From assembly GCA_018644935.1 (NCBI GenBank), contig JABGPL010000011.1, positions 482 through 64,481 of the forward strand: a DNA stretch of 64,000 bases. The letters are read 5' to 3'. Shown piece after piece: positions 9,792 through 18,329 of this stretch (positions within the stretch are counted from its first letter, which is position 1; every line of letters starts with the position of its first letter). The notes beneath the pieces were generated by a model that saw only the letters and a program-made list of their open reading frames with translations, did not search any database and was not told where the DNA came from. Source of the DNA: Calditrichota bacterium (GTDB lineage: Bacteria; Electryoneota; AABM5-125-24; Hatepunaeales; Hatepunaeaceae). The position numbers were made by a program, and so were the translations under genes.

Positions 9792-12700
9792 GTGAAAAAG
9801 CAAGGTTTGACCCGTTTTTATACGGTACTTATTGTACTGCTGATAATGTCAAATATCTCTATATCAAAATCTGTAAAAACCGAAAATGGTTTTTACCGTT
9901 TTCCAGATGTTCATGGAGACCGTGTCGTTTTCACCTCCGAAGGTGATCTCTGGTCGGCATCTCTTAACTCAAAAAGTGATGCTGTCAGGTTAACGCGACA
10001 CGATGGCGAAGAATCTTATGCACGGATTTCTCCCGATGGTGATTGGATCGCTTTTACCGCCGAGTATGATGGCAATCGAGATGTCTTTGTGATACCAGCA
10101 TCAGGTGGAGAAGCTGTCCGACTCACATTTCATCCGGCATGGGATGAGGTTGTAGGTTGGACGAATGACAGCAGGAAGGTCTTGTTTCGCAGTCATCGCA
10201 ATTCGCCGTTTTTTACCTGGAGAATATTCTCAGTCGGCCTGGATGGTGGTTTTCCAGAGGATTACGGACTTGATAAAGTTACAAGGCTAAGCCCGGAGCC
10301 GGATGGGAAAAGAGTTGCCTATACTCGCCTCAGACGTGAGACATCATCCTGGAAGCGATATAAGGGTGGTTTAGCGATGGATATATGGGTTGGTGACCTG
10401 AGGAAAATGGAATTCAGGAACATTACCGAATATGAAGGAACAGATGCCTTCCCAATGTGGGTGGGAGACAGGATTTATTATCTTTCTGATCAATCCGGCA
10501 GGGCAAATATATTCAGCATGAATCCCGATGGGAAGGCGATGATTCAGCATACTTTTGAAGAAGATTGGGATGTCCGCTGGCCATCTACAGATGGTGAAAA
10601 TATAGTTTATCAAAAAGCAATGGATATCTGGGCATATAATGTCCAAACCGGGAAATCAAAAAAAATAGATATAAACCTGCCCTCAGACAGAATCCGTGCC
10701 CGAAAAAGAATAGTCAACCCTTCTGGATACATTGATAGTTATTCATTACCTAATGAGGGACGTCGTTTTGCTGTGGCTGCCCGTGGTGAAGTATTTACAT
10801 TTCCAGTTGAGAAAGCCGGATATATTCGTCAGGTGACACATTCACTTGATGCACGCGACAGAGCAGTAGCTTTCAGCCCGGATGGGAAACGGTTGGCAAT
10901 TATAAATGATGTAACTGGTGAGGATGAAATCTGGCTGCACAGTTCAGATGGAAAAGAAAAACCGATACAACTTACCAAAAAAGGTGACAGGCAGAAATAC
11001 TGGTTGTCATGGTCGCCCAATGGTGAAATGCTGGTGTATTCTGATAAATCCAACCAATTATGGGTGGTTGATGTTAAAAGCGGGAAGCAAACTCTTGTCG
11101 ATGATGCACCAGACCTGTGGAATTATGAATGGTCACCGGACAGCAGATGGATTGCATGGATCAGGTTTGAAGAAGACCAAACATCTGATATTCACCTTTA
11201 CAATGTTGAGACAAAGAATAAAGATCGTATCGAAACACCGATGATTCAAGAGACGGATCTCGCATGGGACCCCGATGGTAAATACTTGTATTTTACCTCT
11301 CCGAGCTGGTATAATCCTGTTCTTGGGCATGGTGGGGCTTATATTTATGACCAACCAGATAAGTTTTATGCCATTCTTCTTTCAGAAGAAACTGAAAATC
11401 CATTTGCTCCGAAGATAGTCGAAGCGTTCGAAATGGATGATGATGAAGATGGGGACAGCGATGATGACGCCGAAGAAGAGGATGAAGGTGAAAAAGATTC
11501 CGAAGTCTCAGATGACGAAGAAGATGTTGAACCAATTGAAATTCAATTTGAAGGATTGCAGGCCAGAATTATTTATTTGCCGATTGAGGCTGGAAATTAC
11601 TTTGGGTTGAGTGCCGCCAGTGGCAAAATATACTTCGGATCATACGAACGGTCAGGGATGATGCCTGAGGCTCATGGAGACAATGGGTTTAGTTTGTCTG
11701 TTTTTAACATTGAAGAGGAAGAGGTTGACGAGGTTGGTGGTGGTCGGATTCAAGGCTATGGTTTCAGTCCTGACCGAAAGAAAATGTTCGTTAGAAAGGA
11801 CGGATCATTTATTGTGATGGATGCTGGAGCTACATCAATACCGGACGATGAAGGACGTGTTGACATGAGTGGGTGGAGAGTTGAAATTGACCCCAAAGCA
11901 GAATGGCGTCAAATCCTCCATGAAGTTTGGCGCAATCAGCGGGACTTTTTCTATGATCCGGATATGCATGGGGTTGATTGGGAAGAAGTCTGGGAGCAAT
12001 ACAGTGAGCTGTTGCCACGGATATACAACCGTAACGAGTTGAATGATGTATTGAGAGAAATGCTGGGCGAGCTGTGTGTTGGACATGCCTATATTGGTGG
12101 AGGAGATATCCTTGGTGCCCGTCAAATCGGATTCGGTAGTCTCGGTGTGGACTTACTTCCACACGAATCTGGAGCATATCAAATCACAAAGATCCTGAAA
12201 GGTGATAAATGGGGAGATGAGCCGGAAAGCCCGGTTGGAAGCTCAATGGCAGATGTGGAAGTTGGGGAGTATATCGTTGCAATAAATAACATCCCTCTTG
12301 AAGCAGGTGACAACATCTATCAACGCTTGATCGATAAAGGTGGAGTGGAGATACTGCTGTCGGTTAATAATGAGCCTGAAATTCACGGATCACGTGAAAT
12401 ACCTGTTAAGGCAATGAGTTCAGAAGATGGGTTGCGTTATTTCGATTGGGTTAGAGATCGAAGGGAATACGTTGATAAATTAAGCAATGGAAAAATCGGT
12501 TACATTCACCTGCCTGATATGATGGGTATGGGACTCTCGATGTGGGGGAGGATGTTTGCCAGTCAATCAAGGAAAAAAGCTCTGCTTATTGATGTACGTT
12601 ATAATGGGGGTGGATTTGTAGCAGATATGATTTTATCTGTATTAGGTCAGAAAATCTGGGCACAGGGGAAAGCGAGAGAAGGGGTGGTATTCAATCGTCC

Positions 12701-13112
12701 CTGGACGGGTTTTTACGGACCAAAAGCTGTTATTTGTAATCATGAGACCGGATCGGATGGCGAGACCTTTAGTGAGGGTTTCATGCGGCTTGGGATGGGT
12801 GAACTATTTGGCACCAGAACGTGGGGTGGTTGGGTGGGGATTCATGGCTGGCGTCCACTGATGGACCGTGGTTTTAACACAGTACCTCAGAGCACAGGAT
12901 GGGGAGCCTTTGATGGTAAATGGTTAATAGAAGGTCCAGGAGTTTATCCGTCAATGCCCATTGTGGATGAGCCTGCCAAAATGATTAACGGTGAAGACCC
13001 TCAACTTGAAGCCACGGTTAAGCACTTGCTGGGTGAGATTGAAGAATGGCAGGCACCTGCGGATATCCCTGCATATCCGAGAAAGCAGATAAGAATTAAG
13101 CACTTGCGATAG
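9792..13112 (+). CDS. Tricorn-like S41 peptidase (beta-propellers, PDZ, catalytic domain)
   Basis: RFPDVHGDRVVFTSEGDLW, WKRYKGG, FFYDPDMHGVDW, HAY, DVRYNGGG, GSDGE (catalytic Ser), GTRTWGG, DPQLE. Confidence 0.95.
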   Translation: MKKQGLTRFYTVLIVLLIMSNISISKSVKTENGFYRFPDVHGDRVVFTSEGDLWSASLNSKSDAVRLTRHDGEESYARISPDGDWIAFTAEYDGNRDVFVIPASGGEAVRLTFHPAWDEVVGWTNDSRKVLFRSHRNSPFFTWRIFSVGLDGGFPEDYGLDKVTRLSPEPDGKRVAYTRLRRETSSWKRYKGGLAMDIWVGDLRKMEFRNITEYEGTDAFPMWVGDRIYYLSDQSGRANIFSMNPDGKAMIQHTFEEDWDVRWPSTDGENIVYQKAMDIWAYNVQTGKSKKIDINLPSDRIRARKRIVNPSGYIDSYSLPNEGRRFAVAARGEVFTFPVEKAGYIRQVTHSLDARDRAVAFSPDGKRLAIINDVTGEDEIWLHSSDGKEKPIQLTKKGDRQKYWLSWSPNGEMLVYSDKSNQLWVVDVKSGKQTLVDDAPDLWNYEWSPDSRWIAWIRFEEDQTSDIHLYNVETKNKDRIETPMIQETDLAWDPDGKYLYFTSPSWYNPVLGHGGAYIYDQPDKFYAILLSEETENPFAPKIVEAFEMDDDEDGDSDDDAEEEDEGEKDSEVSDDEEDVEPIEIQFEGLQARIIYLPIEAGNYFGLSAASGKIYFGSYERSGMMPEAHGDNGFSLSVFNIEEEEVDEVGGGRIQGYGFSPDRKKMFVRKDGSFIVMDAGATSIPDDEGRVDMSGWRVEIDPKAEWRQILHEVWRNQRDFFYDPDMHGVDWEEVWEQYSELLPRIYNRNELNDVLREMLGELCVGHAYIGGGDILGARQIGFGSLGVDLLPHESGAYQITKILKGDKWGDEPESPVGSSMADVEVGEYIVAINNIPLEAGDNIYQRLIDKGGVEILLSVNNEPEIHGSREIPVKAMSSEDGLRYFDWVRDRREYVDKLSNGKIGYIHLPDMMGMGLSMWGRMFASQSRKKALLIDVRYNGGGFVADMILSVLGQKIWAQGKAREGVVFNRPWTGFYGPKAVICNHETGSDGETFSEGFMRLGMGELFGTRTWGGWVGIHGWRPLMDRGFNTVPQSTGWGAFDGKWLIEGPGVYPSMPIVDEPAKMINGEDPQLEATVKHLLGEIEEWQAPADIPAYPRKQIRIKHLR

Positions 13113-13162
13113 TGGTATTTGTATATTCCGCACCATAGCTAAAGGCACCTAAGAAGCTGACA

Positions 13163-14158
13163 ATGGAAAAGGTAATCTCAACGATAATTACTGGTGTTGC
13201 AGTCTTATTCCTGCTGATCTCGCTTTGTGTTCTCTGCATAAACTATTTACCATCATCCTGGGTAATAGAGTTAGATGTGCTTACGGGGAATCAAATTCTT
13301 CGGTTGTGCATGATACCATTTTCACTAGTCGGAGTGCTCGCCCTCATGATTGGAAGGAAATGGATCTTAACCGGTTTTGGTGGTGCCATACTCTTCTTGT
13401 TCACGATTGAAGCGTTGTATTATCTACCTGATTCGGTTGAGAATAATGATATCGAGTTAGACCCGAATTTCACCGTGAGAGTGATGACCTTTAACGGTGC
13501 AAACAGGAGTTTTCAATCCTCTCTCGATTGGATTCGTAAAAACCCGGTAGACATCCTTTGTTTGCAAGAAGTTCCCTCTATGGCTGGTGAAAGGATTTTT
13601 GAACAATTCGCTGAGTTGGGTTATCAATATGACTGGCGCTGGCTCCGGAATAATCAATCCGCAAGGATTGCGATTCTAGTCAGAGGTCAGCTTGAGAACT
13701 CTAAAATGCTTGAAGCACCGTCCATGGGTCGTTCCAAGCGGAGGGCACTTGCTGTGGATGCTATCGTTAACGGTCGTCGATTTCGAGTGTTCTGTCATCA
13801 TTTAGAGTCACCCCTTCTGCGTGGTAAATTTGAAGGGATTTACGTGAGAGCCAGTCTTCGAGAACAACAGGCTGCATTCTACGCGGAGGAAATAGACAAG
13901 ACCAAAGGTATGCCTGTTATTGTTGCCGGTGACTTTAATGCCACACCGACGAATCGAACGATTCGTCCGTTGAGAAAGATATTAGATGATTCCTGGCTAC
14001 AGGGGGGAAATAAACTCGGTGGTACCTGGAAAAGAAATCGTCCCTATTTTCGAATAGATGCTGTTCTTCATCGTGGATTTACTGGATCTGCCAACTGCCA
14101 GCGTATCCCAATCGGCGAAAGTGACCATCTGGCGTATCTGGTTGATTTGATTCTTTAA
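13163..14158 (+). CDS. Membrane-anchored endonuclease/exonuclease/phosphatase (EEP) family protein
   Basis: N-terminal TM segments; VMTFN, DILCLQE, HLES, AGDFN, RID, SDH motifs. Confidence 0.9.
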   Translation: MEKVISTIITGVAVLFLLISLCVLCINYLPSSWVIELDVLTGNQILRLCMIPFSLVGVLALMIGRKWILTGFGGAILFLFTIEALYYLPDSVENNDIELDPNFTVRVMTFNGANRSFQSSLDWIRKNPVDILCLQEVPSMAGERIFEQFAELGYQYDWRWLRNNQSARIAILVRGQLENSKMLEAPSMGRSKRRALAVDAIVNGRRFRVFCHHLESPLLRGKFEGIYVRASLREQQAAFYAEEIDKTKGMPVIVAGDFNATPTNRTIRPLRKILDDSWLQGGNKLGGTWKRNRPYFRIDAVLHRGFTGSANCQRIPIGESDHLAYLVDLIL

Positions 14159-14208
14159 AAAGTCTAAAAAAAGCGATAGTCTAAGTTTGCATGTTAATGC
14201 CGTTTTAT

Positions 14209-14225
14209 TGCGCATATATTGCGCA
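14209..14225. promoter_or_regulatory. Palindrome TGCGC-N7-GCGCA, candidate enhancer (UAS) for a sigma54 activator
   Basis: TGCGCATATATTGCGCA, about 230 bp upstream of a sigma54-like promoter; a similar motif occurs at 30607. Confidence 0.45.
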
Positions 14226-14442
14226 TATTAGCGACTAAATACACCATTGGTTCTTTACTGTTTGCCAAACAAACATCTGCGCAAAATGTTTTAGAAACTT
14301 AAAAACTTTTTCAACTTTGATGGAAGAGCGATATAAGTTACTAACTAACAATGTAAAAAACACAATTTACTACAGTTTCTTTGAAAACATCCGTTAATAA
14401 ATAGTAGAGGAATTGTCTGCTAAATTCGAGCGGAATTTTCTA

Positions 14443-14458
14443 TGGCATGTAATTTGCA
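14443..14458 (+). promoter_or_regulatory. Sigma54 (-24/-12) promoter
   Basis: TGGCATGTAATTTGCA matches TGGCAC-N5-TTGCW at all but one position, with exact GG-N10-GC spacing. Confidence 0.7.
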
Positions 14459-14468
14459 TTTAATTTAG

Positions 14469-14609
14469 CAGGTATAGGTCGAAAATGATGTCTTAACTCC
14501 CTTTGGCATCTCGACCTTCGCCTTTGTGACATTATAATGGTAACAAATCCGCAGCGTTACCAGATTTCTTAACCTCCCCTTCTATGCCGGTAGAAAGGGA
14601 GGTTTTTTT
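14469..14609 (+). ncRNA. Candidate ~140-nt structured small RNA (or leader)
   Basis: Lies between the sigma54 promoter and an intrinsic terminator. Hairpin 1: AGGUCGA/UCGACCU plus GAUGUC/GGCAUC with a CU-rich loop. Hairpin 2: UGGUAAC/GUUACCA. No ORF in the track. Confidence 0.55.
14571..14609 (+). terminator. Rho-independent terminator
   Basis: AACCTCCCCTTCTA-tgccgg-TAGAAAGGGAGGTT (13/14 pairs) followed by a T run. Confidence 0.8.
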
Positions 14610-14676
14610 ATGCCTTTTGATAAGCATTTAGTATATTCTATTGCAAAAATGAATTTTATTATTGTATATTTACAAC

Positions 14677-14940
14677 ATGAAGTCACGAAAATTATACAAC
14701 AGAATTTCTCTGCTACGAGAGGAAAGAGGTGTTTCCCGTAAAGAGCTTGCTGAAAGAATCGGGGTTAACTTCCAAACGGTCGGGTATCTGGAACGGGGAG
14801 AATACAACCCAAGTCTCGATTTGGCATTCAGGATCAGTGAAGTCTTTGGATTACCCGTCGAATTCATCTTTTCGACCAAGCCGATGAAACCAATCAGTGA
14901 GCAGTTATTTGATCGGGCGCATGAAAAAGGAGGCATTTGA
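14677..14940 (+). CDS. XRE-family helix-turn-helix transcriptional regulator
   Basis: NRISLLREERGVSRKELAERIGVNFQTVGYLERGEYNPSLDLAFRISEVF; ATG at 14677. Confidence 0.92.
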   Translation: MKSRKLYNRISLLREERGVSRKELAERIGVNFQTVGYLERGEYNPSLDLAFRISEVFGLPVEFIFSTKPMKPISEQLFDRAHEKGGI

Positions 14941-14941
14941 T

Positions 14942-15379
14942 ATGTCAAAAAGGATATCTCTAAGAAGCAAAAAAATAGGTGTGGTTATAAATTATCTAAG
15001 TCTGCTGTGGTTTGTTGCCTTGTTTTATACCGGGGAACATATTATTGGATGGAGCACGGTGTTAGTCGCTGCAATTCTTGTTTCCATTCTTATTATAATT
15101 ATCACATTTGTTACGGTGCATGTAAATAGCGGATTGTGGAAGTTAATTCACTCAAAAATAGAAAAGCTCGATGAGCGTGAGATTTATGTCACACATGAGT
15201 CGCTCAGATATTCTTATGCTATAATGAGCATTATTTTGTTACTGATTATTTTTGTGATGGCATTGACATCAATGGGGAAGGATGCACTCGGACCAATACT
15301 TCCTGCAGGTCTCATATACTTTGCGCACACGCTCCCATCATCAGTGATTGTATGGAAAGAAAAAGATTTATTAACATAG
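14942..15379 (+). CDS. Membrane protein (DUF2178-like), coupled to the XRE gene
   Basis: GGAGG RBS and ATG 14942; about 4 TM helices with an LDERE motif, as usually seen beside such XRE genes. Confidence 0.7.
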   Translation: MSKRISLRSKKIGVVINYLSLLWFVALFYTGEHIIGWSTVLVAAILVSILIIIITFVTVHVNSGLWKLIHSKIEKLDEREIYVTHESLRYSYAIMSIILLLIIFVMALTSMGKDALGPILPAGLIYFAHTLPSSVIVWKEKDLLT

Positions 15380-15398
15380 AGCATAAGCGGAGGATTTT

Positions 15399-16175
15399 AT
15401 GTTTTGTCCTAAATGTAGAGTTGAGTATGCAGGAGAAGTTGAGGAATGTAAGAACTGTAATACTCCCTTAATTCCAGAACTGTCTCCCGATTCTTTAAAG
15501 TCACCAATAGTCCCCAGAGGAAGTAAGGAGACGTTAAGGATGGTAACTTTACTGACAATGATTGGGATGGCTTACTCATTTATCTTCAAGGCACTCTGGA
15601 CGATTTTTCCGAACCTGTATTTAGTGCCGGGAGTCAGTCAGACATCAACTATTTTAGTGCTGCTCAGCAGTCTTTTTTTAGTTTCTTTTTATATTTTGTT
15701 CCTGCGTGGGTATATCAGAAAAGAAAATATTAAGTTAAAAACCGTCTCCGTATTAGCTTTGACAGGTATTTCGATTCTAAGTTTGTTGCAAATGAAAGGT
15801 GTGATGCTCGCTTTCAGATCCGAACTTCCGCCCACATTACTTTTATTCTTGTCAAAAATAACCATCGATCCCATTATGCCCTGGATTAGTTCTCTCTGCA
15901 TGTTCATCTTTTTCTTGAGGTTTCACGAGCAAACATCACGAGCAGGCGAGGAAGCTTTATTGAAAGCAAAGAAATTTGCAATAATCGGATCAGGTCTCAG
16001 TGCCCTTGTTCACACTTTTATTATTGGAAATTATCAGATTTACCCAAGTTTTAGATACACATTTGATCTTAATTTTTACACTTTCTTGATTTCATCTCCC
16101 TTTATTGTTCTGAGCTTCGCGTTTGTACTCTATTTCTACATCACATTTTACAAGTATCTGGGGCGCACACGGTAG
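15399..16175 (+). CDS. Membrane protein with N-terminal zinc ribbon
   Basis: MFCPKCRVEY...CKNCNTPL followed by about 6 hydrophobic helices; GGAGG RBS. Confidence 0.7.
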   Translation: MFCPKCRVEYAGEVEECKNCNTPLIPELSPDSLKSPIVPRGSKETLRMVTLLTMIGMAYSFIFKALWTIFPNLYLVPGVSQTSTILVLLSSLFLVSFYILFLRGYIRKENIKLKTVSVLALTGISILSLLQMKGVMLAFRSELPPTLLLFLSKITIDPIMPWISSLCMFIFFLRFHEQTSRAGEEALLKAKKFAIIGSGLSALVHTFIIGNYQIYPSFRYTFDLNFYTFLISSPFIVLSFAFVLYFYITFYKYLGRTR

Positions 16176-16202
16176 CGTAGGCGTCTCTGCCTGCGTTTTT
16201 TT
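16172..16202 (+). terminator. GTAG-initiated palindrome (REP-like) that likely doubles as a terminator
   Basis: GTAG-CGTAGGC-gtctct-GCCTGCG-TTTTTTT right at the stop of the upstream gene. Confidence 0.55.
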
Positions 16203-16272
16203 ACAGGGATATTCAGGATAAGTATTGAGTACGAGGAGTTTCATTCGTCATAAAGTACATAATCACAAGACT

Positions 16273-16298
16273 GTAGGGGCACGTCGCACGTGCCCTCT
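16273..16298. repeat. GTAG-type REP-like palindrome
   Basis: GTAGGGGCACG-tcgca-CGTGCCCTCT between convergent genes. Confidence 0.55.
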
Positions 16299-16481
16299 TC
16301 ACTGATCCGAAGATTCCCCCTCATCATCCTTATCCCAATCCACCTTACACGTCCCATTCTTATCCACCAGCATATCCAGCTTTTCGCAGTACAAAGCGAT
16401 AAACGTCCGGCAAGTCTTAGACCCATCGGCAAGTTTATCCGGCCATCTCGCGTGTTCGCAGGTTAGGTCGCAGTATTTCAT
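16299..16481 (-). CDS. Small Cys-rich hypothetical protein (60 aa)
   Basis: AGGAG RBS; MKYCDLTCEHA..DGSKTCRTFIALYC...KNGTC carries 5 Cys and 1 His. Confidence 0.7.
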   Translation of the reverse strand: MKYCDLTCEHARWPDKLADGSKTCRTFIALYCEKLDMLVDKNGTCKVDWDKDDEGESSDQ

Positions 16482-16708
16482 TTTTGGGAACTCTCCTAAA
16501 ATGTAATTTCTTGTTATCCCGTATTAACTAACTACATTTGATTTTGATTCGCAAGATTCGCTCATATTTTCGGATCAAAACGAATTGAAGTTGAGTTAAA
16601 TCTTGAAGTTGATTGGATGGGAAGTTAAGTTATCAGTACGCTGAAGAAGAGATTGCTTCGCTTCGCTCGCATTGATATAAACGGAGCGAATCAAATTGAA
16701 GAGTTTTT

Positions 16709-18103
16709 ATGGGAGTTATACAATTGTTACGGTTAAGAACTGGTATCTTGGTTTTGGTTGCTGTTGTGTTTATGGCGGCACAAGCCTTCGCAGAGCCAAT
16801 ACAGCTAGATTGGGATAAGGCATGGAAACTTGCACTTGAGAGGAGTGAGCAGGTTGCTTCGGCACGGGACGAGATTGCAAAGGCCGACCACCAGATCGGT
16901 GAAGCTTATTCTGCTGCGATGCCAACAGTTGACGTTACCGGAGTTATGCAGCATTATTTTATGCTGCCTGAAATGATCATGATTCTACCAGGTGCATTGA
17001 TGGGATCTGGTGACTCTACTTCGGGACCTCCACCTGATATCAGACTCAAGACCAAACGTGGGACTGAGAACACAGCTAATGCTTCCATTGACATCAATCA
17101 GCCGTTGTATACGGGTGGCAAACTCGGAATTGCCCTTGAACTTGCAAAAATTTATAGTGAGATCAGCAAATTAGGATTAAAAGTAACATGGGAAGAGCTC
17201 AGGCTGGCGCTAGTACGAATTTTCTATGGTGCTCTGCTAACTGAAGAGTATATGGCAGTCAGCAATGAAGCAATTACTCAGGCTGAACGGCATTATAGGC
17301 AGGCACAGAACCTCTTTGATCAGGGTATGGTAAGTGAGTATGATTTGATCCGTGCAAACGTCGCTGTGGCGAATTTGCGTCCACAGGTACTTGAAGCCGA
17401 GACTGCCCGAGATATGGCGTATAAGGGGCTTTTGCATATGATTGGTATGGATATCGACAGTGAGGTCGAGTTAACCGGCAATCTGGAGATCACACCTGAA
17501 AATTTACTTGATTATGATGCTGCCGTCAAAGCGGCAATGAGCAATCGGGATGAGTTCACCCAGCTTGGTCTACAAGCTGAGATGTATGAAGGTCAATATA
17601 AAATCGAAAAGCACAGCACACTCTGGCCAAATGTCATATTGAACATGAAGTATGAGACGATGGCGCAGGCAGATGACATGAACATAAGTAAGTATGAATT
17701 CCTGGGGGGATTCGGGGGTAGTTTGATAGTTCAAATTCCACTGTTCGATGGATTTGCTTCCAAACACAAAGCTGAAACAGCATTGATAAATAAACGGTCA
17801 GTTTACCGTCAGCGAGAGCTGCTTGAGCGTGGTGTGAAAATTCAGGTGTTTGAAGCACAGGGGAACTATCGTAAGGCAACAGAGAGGCTTAAAGCAGCAA
17901 GAGAAACTCTGAGTCAGGCAACCCGAGGCAGTGAGATTGCTGAAGTCAGATACAAAGAGGGCGTAGGGACACAATTGGAACTTCTCGATTCCGAACTCCA
18001 GGTGAACAACAGCAAAGTAAACGTCCTGCAGGCTCAATATGATCTAAGAGTTGCTGAGGCGACCTTTAGACGGGCTATGGGATCTGGTGTTGGATCGGAT
18101 TAA
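16709..18103 (+). CDS. TolC-family outer-membrane efflux protein
   Basis: Signal peptide AFA|E; two OEP repeats (QPLYTGG, FDQGMVSEYDL; IPLFDG, RYKEGVGTQLELLD). Confidence 0.92.
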   Translation: MGVIQLLRLRTGILVLVAVVFMAAQAFAEPIQLDWDKAWKLALERSEQVASARDEIAKADHQIGEAYSAAMPTVDVTGVMQHYFMLPEMIMILPGALMGSGDSTSGPPPDIRLKTKRGTENTANASIDINQPLYTGGKLGIALELAKIYSEISKLGLKVTWEELRLALVRIFYGALLTEEYMAVSNEAITQAERHYRQAQNLFDQGMVSEYDLIRANVAVANLRPQVLEAETARDMAYKGLLHMIGMDIDSEVELTGNLEITPENLLDYDAAVKAAMSNRDEFTQLGLQAEMYEGQYKIEKHSTLWPNVILNMKYETMAQADDMNISKYEFLGGFGGSLIVQIPLFDGFASKHKAETALINKRSVYRQRELLERGVKIQVFEAQGNYRKATERLKAARETLSQATRGSEIAEVRYKEGVGTQLELLDSELQVNNSKVNVLQAQYDLRVAEATFRRAMGSGVGSD

Positions 18104-18233
18104 GCGGACCTCAGCTTGATCGAATATAGTCGATCGGAAATGTTCAGTTTTTGAGGAATTCCACTACCCTGTCTGTCTCAGAATGTGAGGTAGTGAAACA
18201 GTTGCTTAGAGTGAATCCGTCTGTTGACGGATT

Positions 18234-18258
18234 GTCGAACAGGAATGTTCTGACCTAC
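18234..18258 (-). repeat. Degenerate GTAG-type REP-like palindrome; related copy at about 677-700
   Basis: Reverse strand reads GTAGGTCAGAACATTCCTGTTCGAC; shares the CAGGAATGT..GACCT core with 677-700. Confidence 0.4.
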
Positions 18259-18266
18259 TGAAAACA

Positions 18267-18309
18267 AAAGAAAAGGGCTATGCACTCATTGTGCATAGCC
18301 CTTTTCTTT
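18267..18309. terminator. Bidirectional intrinsic terminator
   Basis: Perfect 19-bp inverted repeat AAAGAAAAGGGCTATGCAC-tcatt-GTGCATAGCCCTTTTCTTT between convergent genes. Confidence 0.85.
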
Positions 18310-18329
18310 GTAAAAGTCTTTGTCGAAAT

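Noticed and set aside
11436-11525. Asp/Glu-rich low-complexity stretch in the tricorn peptidase
   Set aside because: A charged linker is common at this position in bacterial tricorn homologs.
16709-18103. TolC as a T1SS channel for the giant protein
   Set aside because: No ABC or MFP partner is adjacent, the giant has a Sec signal peptide, and no RTX repeats are visible.
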